A DNA stretch of 64,000 nucleotides, from positions 31,934-95,933 of the forward strand of contig CAAFZT010000048.1 of assembly GCA_900767605.1 (NCBI GenBank). Direction: 5' to 3'. This stretch comes from Bacilli bacterium (GTDB taxonomy: Bacteria; Bacillota_I; Bacilli_A; RFN20; CAG-826). The notes under the pieces were generated by a model. The model ran no database searches. It was not told where the DNA came from and saw only the letters and a list, made by a program, of their open reading frames with translations. A program made the translations under genes and the position numbers. Positions 31,406-39,513 of this stretch are shown in pieces; position 1 is the stretch's first letter; every line of letters starts with the position of its first letter.

Positions 31406-31433
31406 ATGACAAAAAATTAATGGTTATCATAAT
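31406..31433 (+). promoter_or_regulatory. candidate sigma70 promoter for the 31462 operon
   Basis: ATGACA, a 16-nt spacer, then CATAAT, about 28 nt upstream of the ATG. Confidence 0.3.
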
Positions 31434-31461
31434 GGAATAATCTCATCAATGGAGGACGTAT

Positions 31462-32343
31462 ATGGCTAAAAAAGGACAAGCGATAACGTTGTTGGCAACT
31501 GCTATTTTGTTGCCGTCTTGTGGACAGCAAATCCATTCGGATTCCGTTTCCTCCTACTGGGAAACCATTCAAAATGAGCCTAGTCCATATGGATACTATC
31601 GCATGAAGGATGGTTGGTACCAAGGAGAAGCTACTTGGGATGTTTTTTGGCTGGCCCCGAATGATGAGAAAATATCACGCTTTGAACACGTTGAGGAAAA
31701 GGTTGCAGTGCAAATTGAGTGGCGACAAGAAAGGGGGGAATTTGGTATGGGTGGACCTTTTGGATACGTAACGGGATTAGAAGCTCATTATTATTATGAG
31801 GATTCGCAGCATACATTGGACCGAGTTCCCATGAAAGCAACATCCTCCGTTTATATTAAAGAAGGGCAGTTTTCCATTGAGCAAACGGAGTGGTTGCCAG
31901 CTGATTCCGATCCTACAACGAAAAACTTCTATGGCACATGTGAAAAAATCAAGTTGAGAACCTCTTGGGGGGAATCGTATTTGGTGCCACAGGAGAGAAA
32001 AAACTATTCTTTCTCGGATTCCGATAAAATTTTGAAAATGACGGAGCAGTACGCTGGAACGACCGACTTAAGTACGTTTGCCATTTCTGTGGAAACATTG
32101 TTTTCCCTTGACTCCGACTTAGATTGCGTCAAAAAAATAAGCTATTTGAGGGAGGATTCAGGCAAGGAACTTAGCGATGCCGGCGAACTTGTCGTGAGTG
32201 GAGGAAGGAGGACCTACAGCTTCGCCTATTTGGAAGGCACACCGAATTTCGAGGTTTCTCAAAAAGGGATCCATTTGAATGAGTATCCCTGGTATGAATT
32301 TGAGTTTGCGGCAATGAATATTTCACTGATAAGGAATTATTAA
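31462..32343 (+). CDS. putative lipoprotein, unknown function
   Basis: The signal peptide has lipobox LLPSCG. It is AT-rich with no recognisable family. Confidence 0.5.
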   Translation: MAKKGQAITLLATAILLPSCGQQIHSDSVSSYWETIQNEPSPYGYYRMKDGWYQGEATWDVFWLAPNDEKISRFEHVEEKVAVQIEWRQERGEFGMGGPFGYVTGLEAHYYYEDSQHTLDRVPMKATSSVYIKEGQFSIEQTEWLPADSDPTTKNFYGTCEKIKLRTSWGESYLVPQERKNYSFSDSDKILKMTEQYAGTTDLSTFAISVETLFSLDSDLDCVKKISYLREDSGKELSDAGELVVSGGRRTYSFAYLEGTPNFEVSQKGIHLNEYPWYEFEFAAMNISLIRNY

Positions 32344-32361
32344 AAAGAAAAGGAGATAAAT

Positions 32362-34464
32362 ATGTTTAGCGTTCTTGCGACGCTATTAGCAACCAGTATT
32401 TCTATGGCATCCGTCCCGTCCGTGATTTCCAATGAAGAAACGGACACGGATACTTATCGTGAACATTTCATACCTCCGGAGAGAACGCCTCAACTTCATA
32501 CCAAGGATCATTATGAAAACAACAACACCTTGGATACTGCTGTTTGCATGACTCCTGACTCCTATTTGTCCTCTTTTCTCTACACCTCAGAAGCTCATGG
32601 GGTCTTGGAATGTAAATCTTATTCCGGCGACCTTGATTTTTTCTATATCAAGTGCATGACGGATACTCCGGTTCGCGTTACGGTGAGTGCAGAACAACCA
32701 ATCAATCTTGCCATAAGACAATACAACTATGAAATTTTCCAAACAAACGATGAATCGAGTTATGAATTTTTGGGAAATTTAAATCATCAGTTGTCCTGGG
32801 TTTACGAATCGGATGAAGACGTGGTTGGCAATGTTCAAACCGTTGATTTTCTTGCAAAGGCCGGAACTTATTTCATTAGTTTGGATTATTTGTCCAAAGA
32901 TACCAAACGGGACAATATTATTTATGGTCTTACCGTACGCACTGATGATTATCAATGGGATGGATATGAGGGCCTTAACATGGAGGACGCCATGTTTAAT
33001 AAGCGTCTTGCGGGTGCCATGTGGCTAAATGATATTCCCTTCAACAACTGCGCTGCGATTTTGCAAAGGCCTTCAACCATTGCTTACCATCATGACTCCC
33101 AAGCAAACATTGCAAGTCCAGAGTACTATTTGGATGACTTATATGAGTACGCCAAAGACCAACCCCTGGAACTTGCTAGGTACTATCTTTGGGATGAAGA
33201 TTTAATTTCTGTGATTCGAAAGGTTGCCACTGATCTCATTAATTATCTCGCCGCGTTAAAGCAAGATATCGAATTAAGAAACAAGGAAATCACCGTTGCT
33301 TTCAACGCCGCTGAAAAAACGCTGACGGTTACTGCGGAGTTTTTAGGGATAGCGGGAAATTACATTCCTAATCCTCTTGTATCCACCATCACCACCATTG
33401 CTAGTTATGCCTTGGATGCTGCTGCGGCGATTTTAGAACTTATATTGCCTCGCTTATTAACGTCGACGAGTACTGTTGAGGCGTATAGAAGGACGTTTAT
33501 TAATTTGGCTAGCGCTTTGGAAAAATCTGAAGACCAAATAGGCTATCGCGTTATCGAAATCCCCGTTTATTACAAAATGCGGAAAGAGGACTATTCAGCT
33601 CTTCCCAAAGGGCCCCGTTCTGTTATTGACACCTCGGTGACGGGTGATATTCTCGCTGATAACTACAATTGGATACGGGATAATCACACCGACGATTGCG
33701 TTCGTGTGCTTGCGACCAATGTATTTCAGCGTGGTCGATTCTATGGTTTTAAATTCCAAGAGGATCCACAAACGCCTCTTAGAACGGCTCCTATCGCGGA
33801 TTTTTCAGACGTTGTCCACGAAGACAAGCCTTTGAAGGTTGACGTCCCGTCTTCCATTTATGCTTATCGAGGCGATTATGCTCTCTGCTCATTCACGGCG
33901 GAGCAGGCGGGAACGTATTGTGTGGAGCTGCCTTATGAATCCTCAAATGAACAACTGGAACTTGCAACGTTTTCTTCCGCCCCGATTGGCTATACTGACG
34001 AAGGAATGCTCCAGTCGGATGTTGGCGGAATGCTGAACAATTCCCATAGTGTCATTGGTGCTCATTTGGATGTTGAACTGGCGGAAGGGGAGAAAGTGTA
34101 TTTCCGTGTCAAAAACGGGGAATATGCTCGCTTCCAGCCGGTGTCCATCGAGGTACGTAGTACTCCCATCCAGCACCACAACATCACCTACCAATGGAAA
34201 ACGGATCGCCAACATTGGAGGAAATGCGAATGCGGATATCAAAGATTGGAAGGCCATTTCGTTTCCTCTTCGAACCCAAAAGTTTGTTTGTTATGCCACG
34301 GGCGTGCATCCATGGGCTTTATTGGGGGAGGGAACAGGGCCCCTGGCGTTAATCAGGAGTTTGGTCATGGTTCCTATCTCCGGGCGGATGGAATCTACGT
34401 TATCTCCGATGAGGACATGCCATCGCTTTTAGCGGGAACGTTGGACTATCCAAATAAAGCCTGA
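32362..34464 (+). CDS. secreted protein of unknown function (700 aa) with duplicated beta-rich domains and a Cys/His-rich C-terminal tail
   Basis: It has a signal peptide. There are internally repeated AGTYFISLDY / AGTYCVELPY segments. The tail reads CECG...CLLCHG. Confidence 0.5.
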   Translation: MFSVLATLLATSISMASVPSVISNEETDTDTYREHFIPPERTPQLHTKDHYENNNTLDTAVCMTPDSYLSSFLYTSEAHGVLECKSYSGDLDFFYIKCMTDTPVRVTVSAEQPINLAIRQYNYEIFQTNDESSYEFLGNLNHQLSWVYESDEDVVGNVQTVDFLAKAGTYFISLDYLSKDTKRDNIIYGLTVRTDDYQWDGYEGLNMEDAMFNKRLAGAMWLNDIPFNNCAAILQRPSTIAYHHDSQANIASPEYYLDDLYEYAKDQPLELARYYLWDEDLISVIRKVATDLINYLAALKQDIELRNKEITVAFNAAEKTLTVTAEFLGIAGNYIPNPLVSTITTIASYALDAAAAILELILPRLLTSTSTVEAYRRTFINLASALEKSEDQIGYRVIEIPVYYKMRKEDYSALPKGPRSVIDTSVTGDILADNYNWIRDNHTDDCVRVLATNVFQRGRFYGFKFQEDPQTPLRTAPIADFSDVVHEDKPLKVDVPSSIYAYRGDYALCSFTAEQAGTYCVELPYESSNEQLELATFSSAPIGYTDEGMLQSDVGGMLNNSHSVIGAHLDVELAEGEKVYFRVKNGEYARFQPVSIEVRSTPIQHHNITYQWKTDRQHWRKCECGYQRLEGHFVSSSNPKVCLLCHGRASMGFIGGGNRAPGVNQEFGHGSYLRADGIYVISDEDMPSLLAGTLDYPNKA

Positions 34465-34522
34465 AAATACATGGCCAATTGCCGCATTTAATTATCAACT
34501 TTTGTCTATTCATTGCATACAA

Positions 34523-34561
34523 ATCAGCCACGAAACGAAAAAATATTGTTTCGTGGCTGAT
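34523..34561. repeat. palindromic element copy 1 (14-bp perfect stem, 11-nt loop)
   Basis: atcagccacgaaac / gaaaaaatatt / gtttcgtggctgat. Confidence 0.7.
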
Positions 34562-34681
34562 TTGCTACACAAAACGTAGCCAATTTTTTCATTTAATAAA
34601 TTCTGGAAAAAATGGCATAGTAGGCTTCTTTTTTCGATAAATCGAGTCATGTGAACCACTTAAGCTTTGGTTTGACGGAAA

Positions 34682-34727
34682 GGTATTCAGCCACGAAGCG
34701 TTAAAATTTCGTTTCGTGGCTGAATAC
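34682..34727. repeat. palindromic element copy 2 (15-bp stem), sharing the core TCAGCCACGAA with copy 1
   Basis: gtattcagccacgaa ... ttcgtggctgaatac. Confidence 0.7.
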
Positions 34728-34832
34728 TAAATGGCTATGCGGTTAGAATGAGAGAACCGCCTTTCAAATAAGCAATTGTTTCAGATTATCACCAACGTCA
34801 TTACCTGAATGATTTATTTCGCTTCTAGGGGA

Positions 34833-36224
34833 TTAACACTGATGGACATCTTCTTCGGCAGCCATGGAGAAGTATTCCAACATCTTCTCAAAAGCTTCGT
34901 CGGTCGTTAAATCGCTCGTCGTCGGAATGATGTCCACTTTCTTGTCCAAAAAATCATTGCCAAAGAAATGCGGGAAGAACACAAAATCCAAATACGTATT
35001 CACATAAATTTTCTTGGGGATGCGAATGTCTTTGAATTTCTTCTCTAGACGTAGGGCCAAATCGTCGAAAAGACGGAAATTGGCGCATTCCCCTAGTTCA
35101 TACATCTCAATTTGCCCCGTTTTGCGGTCGCAAGCCAGACAAACTAAACCAAAATGCCCTCGTTGAACCGAATCTTTCGAATCAAAGAAGTAATGGGGCA
35201 GTGCGCGAATCGTTATTTCCCATTCCTTATTGGTGGCGTAACGGTATCTCGCCTCCGGAAAGACTTCAGGGTCGATCATCGGGAAGAGGTCAGCGGCATC
35301 CGCATCTTCTTCGATGTCTTTCTCAAAGACCATGGGAACGGGATGGTCGATATCGAGATATACGTCATAGAATTGATGGTCTTCGATAAGTTCGCCTTTG
35401 GTTTTATCAAAATCGGGCATCAGAAGATTGACTTTCTTTAAATAATCCAAGGCGCGAATCGCGATGGATTTTGGGAGATAAACCTTCATGAAGGAACCGT
35501 TTGCCATATAAAGGGAGGTGTAATGGTTCTCTTTGCCAAAGGGGTTATCCACGATTTCCATGTCATTCTCCCCTTCTTTTTCAAAATAGAACGAAAGCAT
35601 ATTTGATAAAGCGGAGAGGGTATGCTGATCCATGTGAAGGGCTTCGTCTAATTGGGTTCTCAAGAAACAGGTACCATCATCGTCGCAAGGATAGAAGCTG
35701 ATGCCGAAGACGTTCCCTGCGTTGCCTAAAATCGTAAAGGGGACAATGTCGTAAGGGGTCCTAAGATGAAATAGAACCATGTCGCTATATCGCTTTTCAT
35801 AATGGGCTTTTTCTAGAATGGAAAGTTCTTTCCTAATCTTTTCGTAGAAAATCGAAGGCGCCTCTATTTCTTGAAGGCCATAATGCTTGGTGAATTGGGT
35901 AAAATTCTCTGCTAGGGCTTGACGAAGCTCGAGAAACCATTCGTTTTCAAGGTTCTTGTCTATGATGGTTTCAAACCATTTTTTGTAGGAATAAGAGGAA
36001 GGAGCTTTCGGAAAAATATCGCGGTGTTTGTTACGGAATACGCCACGGGCGGCCTTGTAACAAGTTTCGGGTCCGCATAAATAGCAGAACCCTTCTTGAT
36101 CTTTTGAAAGATCCATTTTCTTCATTTCATCTTCGCGGAGGAATCTTTCGTCTTTTAAAGAATAAACAAGAAGATCCAAAGGTCGCTTTTCTAAAAGCCT
36201 CGTCATTTCATCGATATCAATCAT
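34833..36224 (-). CDS. hypothetical protein (464 aa after start reassignment)
   Basis: The track ORF begins in a hydrophobic low-complexity run. The internal ATG (MIDIDEM) is preceded by AAGAGGT. No family was recognised. Confidence 0.5.
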   Translation of the reverse strand: MIDIDEMTRLLEKRPLDLLVYSLKDERFLREDEMKKMDLSKDQEGFCYLCGPETCYKAARGVFRNKHRDIFPKAPSSYSYKKWFETIIDKNLENEWFLELRQALAENFTQFTKHYGLQEIEAPSIFYEKIRKELSILEKAHYEKRYSDMVLFHLRTPYDIVPFTILGNAGNVFGISFYPCDDDGTCFLRTQLDEALHMDQHTLSALSNMLSFYFEKEGENDMEIVDNPFGKENHYTSLYMANGSFMKVYLPKSIAIRALDYLKKVNLLMPDFDKTKGELIEDHQFYDVYLDIDHPVPMVFEKDIEEDADAADLFPMIDPEVFPEARYRYATNKEWEITIRALPHYFFDSKDSVQRGHFGLVCLACDRKTGQIEMYELGECANFRLFDDLALRLEKKFKDIRIPKKIYVNTYLDFVFFPHFFGNDFLDKKVDIIPTTSDLTTDEAFEKMLEYFSMAAEEDVHQC

Positions 36225-36379
36225 GGTGGTACCTCTTTTCGTAATTTTAACGGAATGGGGAGGGATACCGCAACGAGTTAAAGAGAGTGTCCCCTTTTGA
36301 TATCGCGTGAAAAAGGAGCTCATCTTAGCTTTTAGCCATTTTAATCTTTTGATGATGTATATGCAAAAATGTGAAAATA

Positions 36380-36395
36380 ATATACTGCAGTATAT
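36380..36395. promoter_or_regulatory. 16-bp perfect palindrome ATATACTGCAGTATAT, a candidate operator
   Basis: It lies directly upstream of a TTGACA -35 box (36400-36405) and 40 bp from the DUF3990-like start. Confidence 0.45.
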
Positions 36396-36434
36396 CAAAT
36401 TGACAAAAACACCTACACAAATAATAATAGAGGC

Positions 36435-37091
36435 ATGGAAAGAATTATCTATCACGGAAGCGAATTTATTGTTGAAAAACCAGAACACGGCAAAGGTAAT
36501 ACACACAATGATTACGGCCTTGGATTTTATTGCTGTTCAAACAAAGAACTTGCCAAAGAATGGGCGGCAAAAAGAAGTGGGCACGGTTATATTAATAAAT
36601 ACAGCATTCGCGATGACCGATTAAAAATATTGGACCTAACGATCCCACCCTATAACAACGTTTTATATTGGGCTGCTTTGCTCATGCATAACCGGGAATT
36701 ATCCACGGATTTAAGAGATAATTTTCCAAGAGAATTAAAATATCTAGAAGAAAAGCACCTCATTGATATTTCTCGTTTTGACATCGTCATTGGATATCGT
36801 GCGGATGACAGCTATTTCCGTTTCCCTGAATCCTTTGTTAGAAGCGAAATCACCTTGGAATCTCTTGAAAAGATCTTTCAGGCTGGTGACCTTGGAAAAC
36901 AATACGTTTTAATATCAAAAAGAGCCTTTAATTTGGTTCGTTTTCTAGACTATCAAGAAGCGTTTGAAAATTCTAAGGAAGATTACTACAGAAGAAAAAG
37001 CGGCGCAGATAAGATCTTCGCGGATTTATTAAACGCGGATCGCTACTCTAAGGGAACGAGAATGAGGGACTTGATCGCCGATTATGAGTAA
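36435..37091 (+). CDS. DUF3990-like protein, with N-terminal YHGS and YGLGFY motifs
   Basis: MERIIYHGSEF ... NDYGLGFYCCSNKELAKEWA. It is 218 aa. Confidence 0.5.
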   Translation: MERIIYHGSEFIVEKPEHGKGNTHNDYGLGFYCCSNKELAKEWAAKRSGHGYINKYSIRDDRLKILDLTIPPYNNVLYWAALLMHNRELSTDLRDNFPRELKYLEEKHLIDISRFDIVIGYRADDSYFRFPESFVRSEITLESLEKIFQAGDLGKQYVLISKRAFNLVRFLDYQEAFENSKEDYYRRKSGADKIFADLLNADRYSKGTRMRDLIADYE

Positions 37092-37707
37092 TTTAGATGT
37101 CAGAAAAGTGAAGGATTTGTTTTCCAGGTTATTTGTTTTAGCCGTCCAAAACAAAATGAACCTTACCGCGTTTACGAAATTTCTAGAAAGAAGCGAACTA
37201 GTTTGCAAAATGGAAAAAGGACAATACGATGATTATTTCAATCGATCCTTGGAGCAAATTTTCTTCGATATTACAAACCAAAGAATCGATAGGGACGAAA
37301 GCTTTGGCGTATACAATGACGCTTATTGGTGTGGCTATTCTTATTTTGAACTGCGAATGAGGACGGGAAAGCCGTTTGTCCTTTTATTCTTAAAATTGCC
37401 ATTAACGAAGATGATGGAACTTTATTCGATTTATCATGAAATGGATATCTCGTCCTTATTAGAATATTTTAACCAGCAAGATCAAGAAAAAACGATATTG
37501 CGGCTTCTTTGTGAAGAAAGAAAATGCTCGATTCCAAAATTAAGTTCCCTTACAGGGATTAGCAAAACCACGTTATCGAAATATAATGCTAGCGACGAGG
37601 CATTATATAAAGGATCGTTTCAGACAATCTATCGAATTGCCTTGTTTTTCGATGTCCCGTTGGCCTTATTTTATTGTGAAAAGTCACATGGTGACTCTAA
37701 AAATTAG
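37084..37707 (+). CDS. DUF3791-like N-terminal domain fused to a C-terminal XRE-type helix-turn-helix
   Basis: Its ATG overlaps the upstream stop (ATGAGTAA). The C-terminal HTH is SIPKLSSLTGISKTTLSKYN...IYRIALFFDVPL. Confidence 0.5.
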   Translation: MSNLDVRKVKDLFSRLFVLAVQNKMNLTAFTKFLERSELVCKMEKGQYDDYFNRSLEQIFFDITNQRIDRDESFGVYNDAYWCGYSYFELRMRTGKPFVLLFLKLPLTKMMELYSIYHEMDISSLLEYFNQQDQEKTILRLLCEERKCSIPKLSSLTGISKTTLSKYNASDEALYKGSFQTIYRIALFFDVPLALFYCEKSHGDSKN

Positions 37708-37770
37708 GCCTGACGAGCCCATGCTATCTCAACGTTTTTGTATTCCCTAAAAATGTTTCTTTTTGGACAT

Positions 37771-38823
37771 TTACGCTGATAAGGCATATTTAGTCTTTAA
37801 ATCATTGCAGCGATTATAGTTTAGAAAGCCTTCCTTTTGCAGTCGCCCCACGACAATTCCGCAAAGAATGTGTTTTTCTTGAGCAAAAGCGCGAATGGCC
37901 GTTTTTGAAAAATCATTCTTGGCAGTAAATGCACGGAATTCTTCTGTAGGAATTAACGTTTCTTTTGCAAAGTTATCCGCGGCTCTTTCATCTTCTTCGG
38001 TTGTTCCATTTGGCTGGTTGATGTGGCCGAGTAAAATATGGCCAAGCTCATGAAATAGACTAAACCAGAATTTATCTGCGTCTTTGCCACGAACGGTTAA
38101 ACCAACAACGATTTTATTACCGTCGTAGAAAGTTGCACCATGCAGGAAAGAACCTCCGATGTGAGGGAGGAATACCAGTGCAATACCACAACCGGATAAC
38201 AATTCAATCAACTTAGGACAGAAATCGGAAGGGTTCATTGTGGTCATACTTCTTATTTTCGGCAAACTTTTCTTAAGCGTTTTTAAATCAATAAAGGAAG
38301 TCTCGATCGTTCGAGCCTCCAGTTTGGCTTTCTGCGCCCACGCTAATAGAGCAAGGTTGCTTTTTTCTGTTTCGGCCAATCTACGACATGCTATTTTTGA
38401 CAATCGCATATCATCAACAATATCAAGCCTTACCACTTCAAAAAATTTCCTAAGATAAATCACCTTTTCGATTGGATCTCTGGTTTCAGGAACCCAACCA
38501 TTTTTAGCCATTTCACAATAAGGCAGTTTCTTGACAAGTTCCTTGTCGGCGTCCATGTCATTCTCAACGTTGGCTTTTTCCAGTTTTTCACGATAAGTGG
38601 CCTCTAGTTTATTCCAAAATTTAGCAGGAATACCTAATACCATTTCTAAACGAACAGCAACACTCGGAGTCAACTGAACTTCACCATTGATCAATTTGCT
38701 AATATGTTTCTCGGACATGTCCATGCGTACCGAAAATTCTTTTTGACTAAGTCCTCTCTCAAGCAACTGCTCTTTTATCGTTGCTCCCGGTGGTGTTGCA
38801 ATAATGCTGCGACTGTTCCCCAT
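37771..38823 (-). CDS. antitoxin-like regulator: N-terminal XRE HTH fused to an ImmA/IrrE (COG2856) zinc-metallopeptidase domain
   Basis: The HTH is GLSQKEFSVRMDMSEKHISKLINGE. The HEXXH motif is HELGHILLGH. It lies 30 bp downstream of the higB-like gene. Confidence 0.75.
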   Translation of the reverse strand: MGNSRSIIATPPGATIKEQLLERGLSQKEFSVRMDMSEKHISKLINGEVQLTPSVAVRLEMVLGIPAKFWNKLEATYREKLEKANVENDMDADKELVKKLPYCEMAKNGWVPETRDPIEKVIYLRKFFEVVRLDIVDDMRLSKIACRRLAETEKSNLALLAWAQKAKLEARTIETSFIDLKTLKKSLPKIRSMTTMNPSDFCPKLIELLSGCGIALVFLPHIGGSFLHGATFYDGNKIVVGLTVRGKDADKFWFSLFHELGHILLGHINQPNGTTEEDERAADNFAKETLIPTEEFRAFTAKNDFSKTAIRAFAQEKHILCGIVVGRLQKEGFLNYNRCNDLKTKYALSA

Positions 38824-38852
38824 TGGAATACCTCCTTAAATGAAACGGAAAT

Positions 38853-39149
38853 TTAATGATAATCTACAATTTCCATTACGTTTGCGATTTGAATTTCACT
38901 CCCTATTTTTTTAAAAACCAATCGATAGGGATGAACTAAATCCATTGCGTATTGACCTTTGCGATCCCCTTTTAAGGGATGGCATCTTCCAATATGGAAT
39001 TGAACCATCTCTTCCACGGTATCGGATGCATCAATTTCGTCGATACGCTGATGGATTTTGTTGGCCATTTCTAAGCCATATTTCTTTTCTGCCTCGCTTG
39101 CGATTGTACACACCTTTTCAATCTTGCGAGTTTTATATGTAATTTCCAA
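38853..39149 (-). CDS. higB: HigB-like toxin (RelE/ParE superfamily)
   Basis: CHPLKGDRKGQYAMDLVHPYRLVFK matches the HigB signature. The start appears to be TTG at 39149-39147, 7 nt after GAGG. Confidence 0.7.
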   Translation of the reverse strand: MEITYKTRKIEKVCTIASEAEKKYGLEMANKIHQRIDEIDASDTVEEMVQFHIGRCHPLKGDRKGQYAMDLVHPYRLVFKKIGSEIQIANVMEIVDYH

Positions 39150-39169
39150 TCCATCACCTCTTTCGTTAG

Positions 39170-39244
39170 TTTACCTCTAAGGTAAATATAATATATTCTT
39201 TTTTGCTATCAATGGCAATGCAATTGGTTTACTTGAGAGGTAAA
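39170..39244 (-). promoter_or_regulatory. higB promoter with two palindromic operators
   Basis: Site A is TTTACCTctaAGGTAAA (39170-39186) and site B is TTTACTTgagAGGTAAA (39228-39244). On the minus strand the -35 is TTGATA (39207-39212) and the -10 is TATATT (39185-39190). Confidence 0.45.
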
Positions 39245-39260
39245 TTATTTATGAAATATT

Positions 39261-39297
39261 AAAAAAGAAAGGACGGTTGAATCTGAATCTACCGTCC
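39261..39297 (-). terminator. Rho-independent terminator (minus strand)
   Basis: ggacggt-N13-accgtcc, followed on the minus strand by TTTCTTTTTT. Confidence 0.5.
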
Positions 39298-39513
39298 CGG
39301 AATTTAGAATTCCTACGCTAACGGAACCCAATGGGATCCGCCAATCATGCGTGTTATTGATTCGTTATCAATGGCGAATGCGTACCGTCCTGCAACATCT
39401 CATAGCAACGGCTTTCTTATGGAGGGCGCTTCTACGGAAGAGCAGGCGGATGATAAGGTGCTTAACGTTAGTAGAAGAAATAACGGGGCTATTTTCATTT
39501 CTAACTAGCAAGC

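Noticed and set aside
36307-36624. A 105-aa ORF overlapping the DUF3990-like gene start
   Set aside because: It is in a different frame, begins in the promoter/operator region, and has no ribosome-binding site.
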